The notes under the pieces were generated by a model. It ran no database searches. It worked only from the letters and a program-made list of their open reading frames with translations, and was not told where the DNA came from. Of a DNA stretch of 64,000 nucleotides, positions 42,257 through 52,642 are shown in pieces. The DNA comes from Actinomycetota bacterium. GTDB taxonomy: Bacteria > Actinomycetota > UBA4738 > HRBIN12. The stretch covers positions 9,316 through 73,315 of the forward strand of contig DATHTO010000020.1 in NCBI GenBank assembly GCA_035463115.1, read 5' to 3'. Each line of letters starts with the position of its first letter. Within the stretch, counting starts at the first letter, position 1. Position numbers and translations under genes: made by a program.

Positions 42257-43913
42257 CGGAACGGTCCATCCGTTCCGGCGCCGACACGCCGAGGAGACCG
42301 AGGAGGTTCGCGAGCACCTGCTTCGTCGCGCGGCAGAGCCAGAGCCGTGCCTGCGTCAGTTCCGCGTCGTCGCCGACGACGCGGCAGTCCGTGTAGAAGC
42401 GATGGAACCGCGCCGCGAGGTCCTGCGACGCGTGCGCGAGGCGATGCGGCGCGCGCAGGTCCGCGGCGGTCGCGATCACGCCCGGCACGTCGGCGAGCGC
42501 CCGCAGGAGATCGGCCTCGGCCTCGTGCACCAGGAGGCCGAGGTCCACCTGCTCGATCGGGCGCGGTTCCACGCCGGCGTCGGCAGCCTTCCGGAGGATC
42601 GACGCGATCCTCGCGTGCCCGTACTGCACGTAATAGACCGGGTTGTCCATGGACTCGCGCGCGACGGCCTCGATGTCGAAGTTGATCGTCGCGTCGGGGC
42701 TGAACATCAGCAGGTGGAACCTGGCCGCGTCGGTCCCGACCTCGTCGAGCAGCTCGTCGAGCGAGACGAACGTGCCCGCGCGCTTGCTCATCGCGACCGG
42801 CTCGCCGCCGCGCAGGAACGCCACGAACTGGTACAGCACGATCTCGACCGCCTCGGCGTCGTACCCGAGCGCGTCAGCGGCGCCGCGGACCCGCACGACG
42901 TCACCGTGGTGATCGGCACCCCAGACGTACACGAGGTGGTCGAAGCCTCGCGAGAACTTGTCGACGAGGTACGCACAGTCCGCGCCGAAGTACGTGTGCG
43001 CGCCGTTCGAACGGACGACCACGCGGTCCTTGTCGTCGCCGAAGTCGGTCGACCGGAACCAGACCGCTCCCTCCGCGTCGTACGCGTGCCCGCTGTCGCG
43101 CAACCGCTGGACCGCCGCGTCGATCTCGCCCTTCTCCGCGAGCGACGCCTCCGAGACGTAGGTGTCGAACCGCACGCCGAAGCGCGCGAGCGTCGCCTCG
43201 ATCCAGGCGAGCACGCGACGGACGCCTTCGGCGCGCAGGCGCGCGAGGCGCTCGGCGGGCTCGAGATCGGCCAGGGACGGACCGTTCGCCTCCAGCACGT
43301 CGCGCGCGATGTCGGTGACGTACGCGCCGCGGTAGCCGTCGTCGGGCCACGCCGCCTCGCGGCCGAGGAGCTCCAGGTACGCCGCTTCGACCGACGCGCC
43401 GAACCGATCCATCTGGCCGCCCGCGTCGTTGAAGTAGTACTCGCGCTCGACGGTCCACCCCGCCGCCTCGAGCAGGCGCCCGATCGCGTCGCCGAGGGCC
43501 GCGTTGCGCGCGTGACCGACGTGCAGGGGCCCGGTCGGGTTGGCGCTCACGAACTCGACCTGGGCACGCCGGCCGGACGGCGCGACGGTTCCGTACGCGT
43601 CGCCTTCGGCGGCGATCCGCCGGACCACGTCGTGGAGCCAGTCGTCGGTCACGAACAGGTTGATGAACCCCGGCCCCGCGACCTCGACCTTCTCGATGAA
43701 CGGCGCCGGAGGCATCGCGTCGACGACGTCCTGGGCGACCTCGCGCGGGGACCGTCGGAGCCGCCCGGCGACCGCGAGGGCCACGTTCGTCGCGAAATCG
43801 CCGTGCTCCTTCTGCTTCGGGGCGAGCAGCTCGGGGGTCGGAACCTCGCCCGCGTCGCCCACGACCGTTCGCAGCCCGGCGGCGATGACCTCGCGGAGCT
43901 GGTCCTCGATCAC
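42249..43913 (-). CDS. argS: arginyl-tRNA synthetase
   Basis: HIGH motif (PTGPLHVGHARNAALGD) and the MSKRAG variant of KMSKS. The GTG at 43913 overlaps the TGA of the upstream response regulator. Confidence 0.9.
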   Translation of the reverse strand: MIEDQLREVIAAGLRTVVGDAGEVPTPELLAPKQKEHGDFATNVALAVAGRLRRSPREVAQDVVDAMPPAPFIEKVEVAGPGFINLFVTDDWLHDVVRRIAAEGDAYGTVAPSGRRAQVEFVSANPTGPLHVGHARNAALGDAIGRLLEAAGWTVEREYYFNDAGGQMDRFGASVEAAYLELLGREAAWPDDGYRGAYVTDIARDVLEANGPSLADLEPAERLARLRAEGVRRVLAWIEATLARFGVRFDTYVSEASLAEKGEIDAAVQRLRDSGHAYDAEGAVWFRSTDFGDDKDRVVVRSNGAHTYFGADCAYLVDKFSRGFDHLVYVWGADHHGDVVRVRGAADALGYDAEAVEIVLYQFVAFLRGGEPVAMSKRAGTFVSLDELLDEVGTDAARFHLLMFSPDATINFDIEAVARESMDNPVYYVQYGHARIASILRKAADAGVEPRPIEQVDLGLLVHEAEADLLRALADVPGVIATAADLRAPHRLAHASQDLAARFHRFYTDCRVVGDDAELTQARLWLCRATKQVLANLLGLLGVSAPERMDRSDG

Positions 43914-44296
43914 AGGGCATGCTCCTCGGTTCCGTCGATCCGATGACGTACCAGCCGCACGAGCGCGATCGGATCGAACGGCTTCGTCACGCGGTCGACG
44001 TCGTCGAGCGCCGCCGCGGCACCCGACGGGTCGTCGTACGTGCGCGCGGTGAGGAACACCAGCTGCGTCGAGGCGAGGTCCTCGTCGGCGCGGATGCGGT
44101 TCGCCACCTCGTATCCGTCGAAGCCCGGCATCATCACGTCGAGCACCACCGCGTCCGGACGGAGCTCCCGCACGCGATCGAGCGCCTCGCCGCCGTGCGA
44201 CGCCGTCGAGACCTCGAACCCGTCGAGCCGGAAATTGACCTCGAGCAGGCGCAGGATCACCGGATCGTCGTCGACGAGGAGCACGCGCGGGGACAT
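43910..44296 (-). CDS. single-domain response regulator (CheY-like receiver)
   Basis: LLVDDD, phospho-acceptor D in VLDVMMPGFDG, T and K (VTKPF). Confidence 0.75.
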   Translation of the reverse strand: MSPRVLLVDDDPVILRLLEVNFRLDGFEVSTASHGGEALDRVRELRPDAVVLDVMMPGFDGYEVANRIRADEDLASTQLVFLTARTYDDPSGAAAALDDVDRVTKPFDPIALVRLVRHRIDGTEEHAL

Positions 44297-44401
44297 CGGG
44301 ATGGAGCATACCGACGGCCTTCGGGGCGGCCGCCGACGCGTTGCTAGACTCGTCGTCCCAGGCCACCGGCCGGGCCATCCCGGTCCGGGCATCCCGGTCC
44401 G

Positions 44402-44476
<75 letters not shown>

Positions 44477-44483
44477 CCGTACG

Positions 44484-45140
44484 ATGTCCCCGATGGCCGA
44501 TCCTCGCGCGATGCGCGCGCCCACCGGGTTCCATGCGGACCGGATCCTCGAACGCGACGATCTCGTCGACGATCCGGTCGCGCAGTTCCGGCGGTGGTTC
44601 GACGAGGCCGCCGACGCCGGCGTTCCGCTGCCGAACGCGATGGCGCTCGCGACGGCCGACGCCGACGGCCGGCCGAGCGTCCGGCACGTGCTGCTGCGCG
44701 GTGTCGACGAACGCGGGTTCACGTTCTTCACGAACCGCGAGAGCCGGAAGGGACGACAGCTCGACGAGAACCCGCACGCCGCTCTCGTCTTCCTCTGGAA
44801 GGAGCTCGACCGCCAGGTGAGCGTCGAGGGACGGGTCGAGCGCACCTCCGACGAGGAGTCCGACGCCTACTTCGGCGGGCGCCCCCGTGGCGCGCAGCTC
44901 GGAGCGTGGGGGTCGCCGCAGAGCGCGCCGATCGCCGGGCGCGACGACCTGATGCGCCTCGTCGCCGACGCCGACGCGCGGTTCGGCGAGGGGCCGGTCC
45001 CCCGGCCGCCCTTCTGGGGCGGGTTCCGCGTCGTCGCGGACCGGATCGAGTTCTGGCAGGGCCACGAGCATCGGCTGCACGACCGCTTCGCGTACACGCG
45101 CGGCGCCGGCGGCTGGCACGTGGATCGACTCGCGCCCTAG
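44484..45140 (+). CDS. pdxH: pyridoxamine 5'-phosphate oxidase
   Basis: FMN-binding split barrel with C-terminal HEHRLHDRFAY. Confidence 0.85.
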   Translation: MSPMADPRAMRAPTGFHADRILERDDLVDDPVAQFRRWFDEAADAGVPLPNAMALATADADGRPSVRHVLLRGVDERGFTFFTNRESRKGRQLDENPHAALVFLWKELDRQVSVEGRVERTSDEESDAYFGGRPRGAQLGAWGSPQSAPIAGRDDLMRLVADADARFGEGPVPRPPFWGGFRVVADRIEFWQGHEHRLHDRFAYTRGAGGWHVDRLAP

Positions 45141-45227
45141 CGCCCACGGAAGGTCCCGCAGGCGGCCCCCACCGGGCGGGTCGTTCGACCCCACGCTCGG
45201 GCCGGCCCGTCCGTCAGCATCGCTTCG

Positions 45228-48200
45228 ATGCAGACGGAGGTACCTGGGGTACGTGCCGCGGTCCGCCCATGGGCGGTCGTCGACGGCAACGAGGCCGCCG
45301 CGACGATCGCGCACCGGCTCTCGGAGGTGATCGCGATCTATCCGATCACCCCGAGCTCGCCGATGGGCGAGCTCGCCGACGCGTGGTCCGCGGCCGGCCG
45401 CCCGAACCTCTGGGGTGCCGTCCCGCGCGTCGTCGAGATGCAGAGCGAAGGCGGCGCCGCGGGCACCCTCCATGGCGCGCTCCAAGGTGGCGCGCTCGCG
45501 ACGACCTTCACCGCGTCGCAGGGTCTCCTGCTGATGCTGCCGAACATGTTCAAGATCGCGGGCGAGCTCACCCCGTTCGTGATGCACGTCGCGGCGCGCA
45601 CGATCGCCACCCATGCGCTGTCGATCTTCGGCGACCACAGCGACGTGATGGCGGCCCGCACGACGGGGTTCGCGATGCTCGCGAGCGCGTCGGTCCAGGA
45701 GGCGCACGACCTGGCGCTCGTGGCGCACGCCGCGACGTTGGAAGCGCGCGTCCCGTTCCTGCACTTCTTCGATGGATTCCGAACGTCGCACGAGGTCGGC
45801 AAGATCCGCCCGCTCGATGACGACGACCTCCTGGCGCTCGTCGACGACCGCGCGGTCCGCGCGCACCGCGACCGGGCGCTCTCCCCCGAACGGCCGAAGC
45901 TCCGCGGCTCGGCGCAGAACCCCGATGTGTTCTTCCAGGCGCGCGAGGCGTGCAGCCCGTTCTACGCCGCCGTCCCCGACATCGTGCAGGCGACGATGGA
46001 TCGCCTGGCGGATCGGACCGATCGCCGGTACCACCTCTTCGACTACGTCGGCCACCCCGAGGCCGAGCGCGTGCTCGTCCTGATGGGATCGGGCGTCGGT
46101 GCGGCGACCGAAGCCGTCGAGGCCCTGGTCGCCGGCGGCGAGCGGGTCGGGCTCGTCCAGGTGCGGCTGTACCGGCCGTTCTCCGCCGAGGCGTTCGTCG
46201 CGTCGCTGCCGACGTCGACGCGCGCGATCGCCGTCCTCGACCGCACGAAGGAACCGGGCGCGCCGGGCGAGCCGCTGTACCAGGACGTCCAGACGGCGCT
46301 CGCCGAGGAGCTCCAAGCCGGACGCGCCCGGTTCGAGCTCGGCTCGCCGTTCGTGATCGGCGCCCGGTACGGGCTCTCGTCGAAGGAGTTCACGCCGGCG
46401 ATGGCGAGATCGCTCCTGGATCACCTCGCGACGGCCGAGCCGCGGAACCACGTCACCGTCGGGATCGTGGACGACGTGAGCGGGTCGAGCCTCGACGTCG
46501 ATCGCTCGTTCTCCACGGAACCCGACGACGTCGTCCGTGCCGTCTTCTTCGGCCTCGGTGCCGACGGCACCGTCAGCGCGAACAAGAACTCGATCAAGAT
46601 CATCGGCGAGCGCACGGATCTGCACGCCCAGGGCTACTTCGTCTACGACTCGAAGAAGGCCGGTTCGGTGACGGTGTCGCACCTGCGGTTCGGCCCACGC
46701 CCGATCTCGTCGGCGTACCTGATCGATCGCGCGAACCTCGTCGCGGTGCACGAGTTCGAGCGCCTCGACCGGATCGACGTGCTCGCGATCGCGGAACCGG
46801 GCGCGACGCTGCTGCTGAACAGTCCCTACGGCGACGACACGTGGACGCACCTGCCCGTCGAGGTGCAGCAGCGGATCATCGACCTCGGCCTTCGGGTGTT
46901 CGTCGTCGACGCGTACGCGGTGGCGAAGACGGCGGGCCTCGGGAGCCGCGTGAACACGGTGCTGCAGACGTGCTTCTTCCGACTGACCGACATCCTGCCG
47001 TTCGACGAGGCCGTCCACGCGATCAAGGACGCGATCGTGAAGAGCTACGGCAAACGTGGCGAGTCGGTGCTCGCGCGGAACTTCGCCGCCGTCGACGCCG
47101 CCGTCGCTGCGCTGCACGAGATGCGTGTTCCGGAGCGCGCGACCGCGACGCGGACCCGCCCGCCGGCGGTCGATGCGGAGGCGCCTGGCTTCGTGCAGCG
47201 GGTGACGGCGCGGATCCTCGCCGGCGAAGGCGACCTGCTGCCCGTGAGCGCCCTTCCGGTCGACGGAACGTTCCCGACCGACACCGCTCGGTGGGAGAAA
47301 CGCTCGATCGCGCACGAGATCCCGATCTGGGATCCCGAGATCTGCATCGACTGCGCGAAGTGCGCGCTCGTGTGCCCGCACGCGGCGATCCGGATGAAGG
47401 TCTACGAGCCCGGCGAGGTCGAGGGTGCGCCGGAGACCTTCGCGCACAAGGAGTGGAAGGACCGGGAGCATCCTGGACGGTGGATGACGATCCAGGTCGC
47501 GCCCGACGACTGCACCGGATGTGGCATCTGTGTCGACGTGTGCCCCGCCCGGAGCAAGGAAGCGGTCAAGCACAAGGCGATCGACATGGCGCCGAAGCGC
47601 GACCACCTCGAGCGCGAGCGCGCGAACCTCGGGTTCTTCCTCGACATCCCGGATCCGGCACGCGCCGACGTGCGCGCCGACACGGTGAAGGGATCGCAGC
47701 AGCTCCGGCCGATGTTCGAGTACAGCGGCGCGTGCAGCGGTTGCGGCGAGACGCCCTACCTGAAGATCTTGACCCAGCTCGTCGGCGATCGGATGGTCGT
47801 CGCGAACGCCACGGGGTGTTCGTCGATCTACGGGGGGAACCTCCCGACGACGCCGTGGTCCGTCGGCGACGACGGGCGCGGCCCCGCGTGGGCGAACTCC
47901 CTGTTCGAGGACAACGCCGAGTTCGGCCTCGGCATCCGCCTCGCCGCTGACGCCCGTCGCGACCTCGCCGTCGAGCTCCTCGAGCGGCTCGCCGACGAGC
48001 TCGATCCCGACGTCGTCGCCGCGACGCTCGCCGCCGTCGACGCCCGCGACGACGCCACGATCGGCGCGCAACGCGAACGGATCGAGTCGCTCCGCAGGCG
48101 GCTGTTCGCCGTGAGCGATCCTCGCGCACGGAACCTCGAAGCCGTCCTCGACGCGTTGCTCCCGACGAGCGTCTGGATCGTCGGCGGCGACGGATGGGCC

Positions 48201-48848
48201 TACGACATCGGGTTCGGGGGGCTCGATCACGTCCTCGCCACCGGCCGGAACGTCAACGTCCTCGTCCTCGACACCGAGGTCTACTCGAACACGGGCGGTC
48301 AGGCGTCGAAGGCGACGCCGCGTGGCGCGGTCGCGAAGTTCGCCGCGGCCGGCAAGGAACAGGGCAAGAAGGACCTGGGTCAGATCGCGACCGCGTACGG
48401 CGACGTGTACGTCGGGCAGATCGCCCTGGGCGCCGACATGCCACACGCGGTCAAGACGATCGCCGAGGCCGAGGCGCACGACGGGCCGTCGCTCGTGATC
48501 GCGTACAGCACCTGCATCGCCCACGGGATCGACATGTCGACCTCGATGACGCACCAGAAGGAGGCCGTCGACAGCGGCTACTGGCCGCTGTGGCGGTACG
48601 ATCCGGCGCTCTCCCGAGCGGGCCAGCCTCCCTTCCGCCTCGACTCGAAGCGGCCGAAGCTGCCGCTGAAGGATTTCGCGCTGCAGGAGGCTCGGTTCGC
48701 GATGCTCGAGCGGACCGATCCCGATCGCGCGCACGAGCTGCTCGATCGCGCCCAGGCCGACGTCGACGCGCGGTGGCATCTGTACGAGCAGCTCGCCGGG
48801 ATCGAGCGGGCGGCCGACCACCCCGACGTGGAGGAGCGCTCGACGTGA
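45228..48848 (+). CDS. pyruvate:ferredoxin (flavodoxin) oxidoreductase, single-polypeptide homodimeric type
   Basis: 1206 aa. SEVIAIYPITPSS. Two 4Fe-4S CxxCxxCxxxCP motifs (CIDCAKCALVCP, CTGCGICVDVCP). TPP domain GDGWAYDIG. Confidence 0.9.
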   Translation: MQTEVPGVRAAVRPWAVVDGNEAAATIAHRLSEVIAIYPITPSSPMGELADAWSAAGRPNLWGAVPRVVEMQSEGGAAGTLHGALQGGALATTFTASQGLLLMLPNMFKIAGELTPFVMHVAARTIATHALSIFGDHSDVMAARTTGFAMLASASVQEAHDLALVAHAATLEARVPFLHFFDGFRTSHEVGKIRPLDDDDLLALVDDRAVRAHRDRALSPERPKLRGSAQNPDVFFQAREACSPFYAAVPDIVQATMDRLADRTDRRYHLFDYVGHPEAERVLVLMGSGVGAATEAVEALVAGGERVGLVQVRLYRPFSAEAFVASLPTSTRAIAVLDRTKEPGAPGEPLYQDVQTALAEELQAGRARFELGSPFVIGARYGLSSKEFTPAMARSLLDHLATAEPRNHVTVGIVDDVSGSSLDVDRSFSTEPDDVVRAVFFGLGADGTVSANKNSIKIIGERTDLHAQGYFVYDSKKAGSVTVSHLRFGPRPISSAYLIDRANLVAVHEFERLDRIDVLAIAEPGATLLLNSPYGDDTWTHLPVEVQQRIIDLGLRVFVVDAYAVAKTAGLGSRVNTVLQTCFFRLTDILPFDEAVHAIKDAIVKSYGKRGESVLARNFAAVDAAVAALHEMRVPERATATRTRPPAVDAEAPGFVQRVTARILAGEGDLLPVSALPVDGTFPTDTARWEKRSIAHEIPIWDPEICIDCAKCALVCPHAAIRMKVYEPGEVEGAPETFAHKEWKDREHPGRWMTIQVAPDDCTGCGICVDVCPARSKEAVKHKAIDMAPKRDHLERERANLGFFLDIPDPARADVRADTVKGSQQLRPMFEYSGACSGCGETPYLKILTQLVGDRMVVANATGCSSIYGGNLPTTPWSVGDDGRGPAWANSLFEDNAEFGLGIRLAADARRDLAVELLERLADELDPDVVAATLAAVDARDDATIGAQRERIESLRRRLFAVSDPRARNLEAVLDALLPTSVWIVGGDGWAYDIGFGGLDHVLATGRNVNVLVLDTEVYSNTGGQASKATPRGAVAKFAAAGKEQGKKDLGQIATAYGDVYVGQIALGADMPHAVKTIAEAEAHDGPSLVIAYSTCIAHGIDMSTSMTHQKEAVDSGYWPLWRYDPALSRAGQPPFRLDSKRPKLPLKDFALQEARFAMLERTDPDRAHELLDRAQADVDARWHLYEQLAGIERAADHPDVEERST

Positions 48849-49882
48849 CGCCCGACCTCACGACCCGATACCTCGGGCTCACCCTGCAGAGCCCCATCGT
48901 GCCGTCGGCGTCGCCGATCGGGCAGCGGATCGACACCCTCCGGGCCCTCGAAGGTGCCGGCGTCGGCGCGGTCGTGCTGCCGTCGCTGTTCGAGGAGCAG
49001 ATCGAGCACGAAGAGACGCAGCTCCACGGCGTGTACGAGCTCGGGACCGAGAGCTTCGCCGAAGCCCTCACCTACCTGCCCGAGATGGACGACTACACGA
49101 GCTCGTCCGATGCGTACCTCCGGCACCTCGCGGCATGCACCGGCGAGCTGTCGATCCCGGTGATCGCCAGCTTGAACGGCATCACCCCCGGCGGCTGGAT
49201 CGCCCACGCGAAACGGCTGCAGGACGCCGGCGCCGCGGCGATCGAGCTGAACGTGTACTTCATCGCCGCGGATCCCGACGAGACCGCCGACGAGGTCGAG
49301 GAGCGCTACGTGAAGCTCGTCGAGGCGGTGCGTGGCGAGGTGACGATCCCGCTCGCCGTGAAGATCGGGCCGTTCTTCAGCTCGGTCGGTCACATCGCGC
49401 ACCGGCTCGTCGCCGCGGGTGCCGACGGGCTCGTCCTGTTCAACCGGTTCATGCAACCGGACATCGACGTCGAGACGCTGACGCTCGATCCCACGCTGCA
49501 CCTGTCGAGCAGCGCCGAACTGGCGCTCCCGCTGCGGTGGATCGGCATCCTCCGCGACCGCGTGCACGCCTCGCTCGCGCTGACGACCGGCGTCCACGTC
49601 TGGCAGGACGTCGCGAAGGCCCTGCTCGCCGGCGCCGACGTGACGATGACCGCCAGCGCGCTCCTGCGAGAAGGCCCGGGCGCCGCGATCGCGATGCGGG
49701 ACGGGCTCGTCGCGTGGATGAGCGAGCACGGCTACGCATCGGTCGATCAGCTGCGCGGGTCGATGAGCATGGCGAAGGTTCCGAACCCCGTCGCGTACGC
49801 GCGGGCGAACTACGCACGGTTGGTCACCGCGTTCGTCAGCCCGTACGACTGGCGCGGCGTCGACGCGGCGCACCGGACGTGA
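48845..49882 (+). CDS. dihydroorotate-dehydrogenase-like FMN TIM-barrel protein lacking the canonical SCPN active-site motif
   Basis: Resembles class-1 DHOD at the N-terminus (LGLTLQSPIVPSASPIG), but carries ELNVYFIAAD where LNLSCPN is expected. Its GTG overlaps the PFOR TGA. Confidence 0.5.
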   Translation: MTPDLTTRYLGLTLQSPIVPSASPIGQRIDTLRALEGAGVGAVVLPSLFEEQIEHEETQLHGVYELGTESFAEALTYLPEMDDYTSSSDAYLRHLAACTGELSIPVIASLNGITPGGWIAHAKRLQDAGAAAIELNVYFIAADPDETADEVEERYVKLVEAVRGEVTIPLAVKIGPFFSSVGHIAHRLVAAGADGLVLFNRFMQPDIDVETLTLDPTLHLSSSAELALPLRWIGILRDRVHASLALTTGVHVWQDVAKALLAGADVTMTASALLREGPGAAIAMRDGLVAWMSEHGYASVDQLRGSMSMAKVPNPVAYARANYARLVTAFVSPYDWRGVDAAHRT

Positions 49883-49918
49883 GGACCGAGCGCGACGACG
49901 GCGCTACCCTCCTCGTCC

Positions 49919-51256
49919 ATGGACACCGACGAGTTGCGCCGACGCATCCACGACGACATGCCGCGCACGGTCGACGAGCTCGGACGGCTCGTCCGGATCC
50001 CGTCGATCGGCTATCCCGGCTACGACCCCGCGAACGTCCGGGCGAGCGGCGAGGCCACGAGGGACATCCTCGCCGACGCCGGCTTCGACGGCGTTCGCTT
50101 GCTCGAGCTCGGCGACGGTCATCCCGCCGTGTTCGGCGAGCGCCGGGGGCCCGAGGGATCGCCGACCGTCCTGCTCTACGCGCACCATGACGTGCAACCC
50201 GAAGGCGACGGCACCGCCTGGACGACACCACCGTTCGAACCCGAGGTCCGTGACGGACGGATGTACGGCCGCGGCGCCGCCGACGACAAGTCGGGCATCG
50301 TGATCCACGCGGCCGCGATGCGGGCGGTCGGCGACCAGCTGCGCTGCTCCGTCAAGGTCGTCGTCGAGGGCGAGGAGGAGTGTTCGACGGCGCACCTCCC
50401 CGATCTCGTCCACGGGAACGGCGACCTGCTGCGCGCCGACGTCGCGTTCGTCGCCGACGGCGGCAACTACCGGACGGGGGTCCCGACGATCGGCACGAGC
50501 GTGCGTGGCGTGACGGACTGCGTGGTGCAGGTCGACGTGCTCCCGCAGGCACAGCACAGTGGCTCGTTCGGCGGTCCGATCCCGGACGCCATCACGTCAC
50601 TCGCCCGCATGCTCGCGACGCTGCACACCGACGACGGCGACGTCGCGATCGGAGGGCTGCACCGCTTCGCGTGGCAGGGCACCTCGATCCCCGAAGACGA
50701 GTTCCGCGCCGAGGCCGGCGTCTTCCCCGAGGTGCAGATGATCGGCACGGGCCCGCTCACCGATCGGCTGCTCTCGAAGCCGGCCGTCGCGGTGCTGGGC
50801 TTCGACGCGCCGCGTGTCTCGGAGTCCTCCAACCAGATCGTGCCGACGGCCCGCGCGCGGGTCAGCCTCCGGCTCGCGCCGGGCCAGGACGCGAGCGCGG
50901 CCCGCGACGCCCTCGTCCGCCACCTCGAGGCCGCCGCTCCGTGGGGTGTCCGCGTGACGATCGACGCGGCCGAGGCGGGCATGGGCTACCTGGTCGACCC
51001 GACCACCGCCGCCTACGGCGCGACGGTGCGCGCGTTGTCCGAAGCGTTCGACGGCAAAGACGTCGTCGCGATGGGCAGCGGCGGCTCGATCCCGCTCGTC
51101 CCCATGCTCGCCGAGACCTTCCCCGGGATCGAGGTGCTCATCGTGGGCGCCGGTGACGATCGCTCGAACGTCCACTCGATCGACGAGAGCGTCGACCTCG
51201 AGGACCTCGAGCGCATGATCGTCGCGGAGTCGCTGTTCCTGCTCGACCCCTCGTGA
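49919..51256 (+). CDS. M20-family metallopeptidase (dipeptidase/ArgE-DapE-like)
   Basis: Metal-ligand HHDVQP, DDKSG and EGEEE motifs. Confidence 0.75.
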   Translation: MDTDELRRRIHDDMPRTVDELGRLVRIPSIGYPGYDPANVRASGEATRDILADAGFDGVRLLELGDGHPAVFGERRGPEGSPTVLLYAHHDVQPEGDGTAWTTPPFEPEVRDGRMYGRGAADDKSGIVIHAAAMRAVGDQLRCSVKVVVEGEEECSTAHLPDLVHGNGDLLRADVAFVADGGNYRTGVPTIGTSVRGVTDCVVQVDVLPQAQHSGSFGGPIPDAITSLARMLATLHTDDGDVAIGGLHRFAWQGTSIPEDEFRAEAGVFPEVQMIGTGPLTDRLLSKPAVAVLGFDAPRVSESSNQIVPTARARVSLRLAPGQDASAARDALVRHLEAAAPWGVRVTIDAAEAGMGYLVDPTTAAYGATVRALSEAFDGKDVVAMGSGGSIPLVPMLAETFPGIEVLIVGAGDDRSNVHSIDESVDLEDLERMIVAESLFLLDPS

Positions 51257-51292
51257 GGCACCCGCTCGGCGGAAACGCGCGACGCTGCTAGG

Positions 51293-51826
51293 TTGCCCGA
51301 CATGAGCGATCCCGAACAGACCGCAGGCCCCGCGCAGCCGCCCGTGGTTCCGGCGGTTCCGGTCGGAGGCGAGACGGCCGGCGGCGGTGACGGCGCCGGC
51401 GCCGGCCCGCAGCAGGAGTCGGTCGCCGAGCCCGCGAAGCTGCTGCGGATCGCGTCGATGGTCCGCGAGCTCCTCGAGGAGACGCGCCAGGCGCCGATGG
51501 ACGAATCGGGGCGCAAGCGCCTCGCGAGCGTCTACAGCCGGTCGCTCGGCGAGCTCGGCGAGGCGATCAGCCCGGATCTCCGGGAGGAGCTGGAGCAGCT
51601 CGCGCCGCCGATGGAGGGCGTGCCGTCGGAATCCGAGCTCCGGATCGCGCAGGCGCAGCTCGTCGGCTGGCTCGAGGGCCTCTTCCACGGGATCCAGGCT
51701 GCGATGTTCGCGCAGCAGGCGGCCGCGCGCGCCCAGTTCGAGGAGCTCCGCCGTCGCGGGTTGATGGCGCAGAACCCGCAGCCGGGCGAGGGCCAGCCGC
51801 CACAGCGCGGCGGCCAGTACCTCTAG
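51293..51826 (+). CDS. bpa: bacterial proteasome activator Bpa/PafE-like
   Basis: ~170 aa helical protein ending in the GQYL motif that docks onto the 20S proteasome in mycobacteria. Confidence 0.6.
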   Translation: MPDMSDPEQTAGPAQPPVVPAVPVGGETAGGGDGAGAGPQQESVAEPAKLLRIASMVRELLEETRQAPMDESGRKRLASVYSRSLGELGEAISPDLREELEQLAPPMEGVPSESELRIAQAQLVGWLEGLFHGIQAAMFAQQAAARAQFEELRRRGLMAQNPQPGEGQPPQRGGQYL

Positions 51827-51835
51827 ACGCTGCCC

Positions 51836-52642
51836 TCAGCGGACGCGGCCGCCCTCGTCGCGCGTCAACAGCTGCGCCAACAGCACCGGGACGAACGTGA
51901 TCGCGATCGCGAGCATCGCCACGACGTTCACGACGGGTTTCGCACGAGGTCGGAACAGGATCGAGAAGATGTAGATCGGCAGCGGCTGCTGCTGCCCCGC
52001 CACGAACGTCGTGACGATGATCTCGTCGAACGACAGCGCGAACGCGAGGATGCCGCCGGCCAGGAGCGCGCTTCCGAGGTTCGGCAGGATCACGTGGCGG
52101 AACGTCTGCCAGCCGCTCGCGCCGAGATCGCTCGACGCCTCCGCGAGGTTCGGCGACATCCGACGCAGCCGGGCGACGACGTTGTTGTAGACGATCACGA
52201 TGCAGAACGTCGCGTGCCCGATCACGAGCGTGGTCGTGCCGAAGGGGACGTCGAACTGCGCGAACGTCGAACGGAGGGCGATGCCGGTCACGATGCCGGG
52301 GAGAGCGATCGGGAGCACGACGACGAACGCGAGCGCGTTCCTGCCGAAGAACCGCGCGCGGTAGACCGCCGCGGCCAGGAACCCGCCGATCGCGATCGAC
52401 AGCGCCGTCGCGACGAGCGCGACGGTGAGCGAGAGACGGAGCGCCGACCACAGATCCGAGTCACGGAACGCGATCCCCCACCACCTCGTCGTGAGGCCGG
52501 GCGGCGGGAACGTGAACGCCGAGGTCTGCGTGGTGAAGGCGTAGAGGACCGTCACGGCGAGCGGGGCGTAGAGGAACGCCACGACGAGGAACGTCGAGAT
52601 CCGCAGGCCCGTTCCCGCCCGCGCCGTCGACGACGTCCTCAT
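51836..52642 (-). CDS. ABC transporter permease (PotC-like)
   Basis: EASSDLGASGWQTFRHVILP signature. Confidence 0.8.
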   Translation of the reverse strand: MRTSSTARAGTGLRISTFLVVAFLYAPLAVTVLYAFTTQTSAFTFPPPGLTTRWWGIAFRDSDLWSALRLSLTVALVATALSIAIGGFLAAAVYRARFFGRNALAFVVVLPIALPGIVTGIALRSTFAQFDVPFGTTTLVIGHATFCIVIVYNNVVARLRRMSPNLAEASSDLGASGWQTFRHVILPNLGSALLAGGILAFALSFDEIIVTTFVAGQQQPLPIYIFSILFRPRAKPVVNVVAMLAIAITFVPVLLAQLLTRDEGGRVR

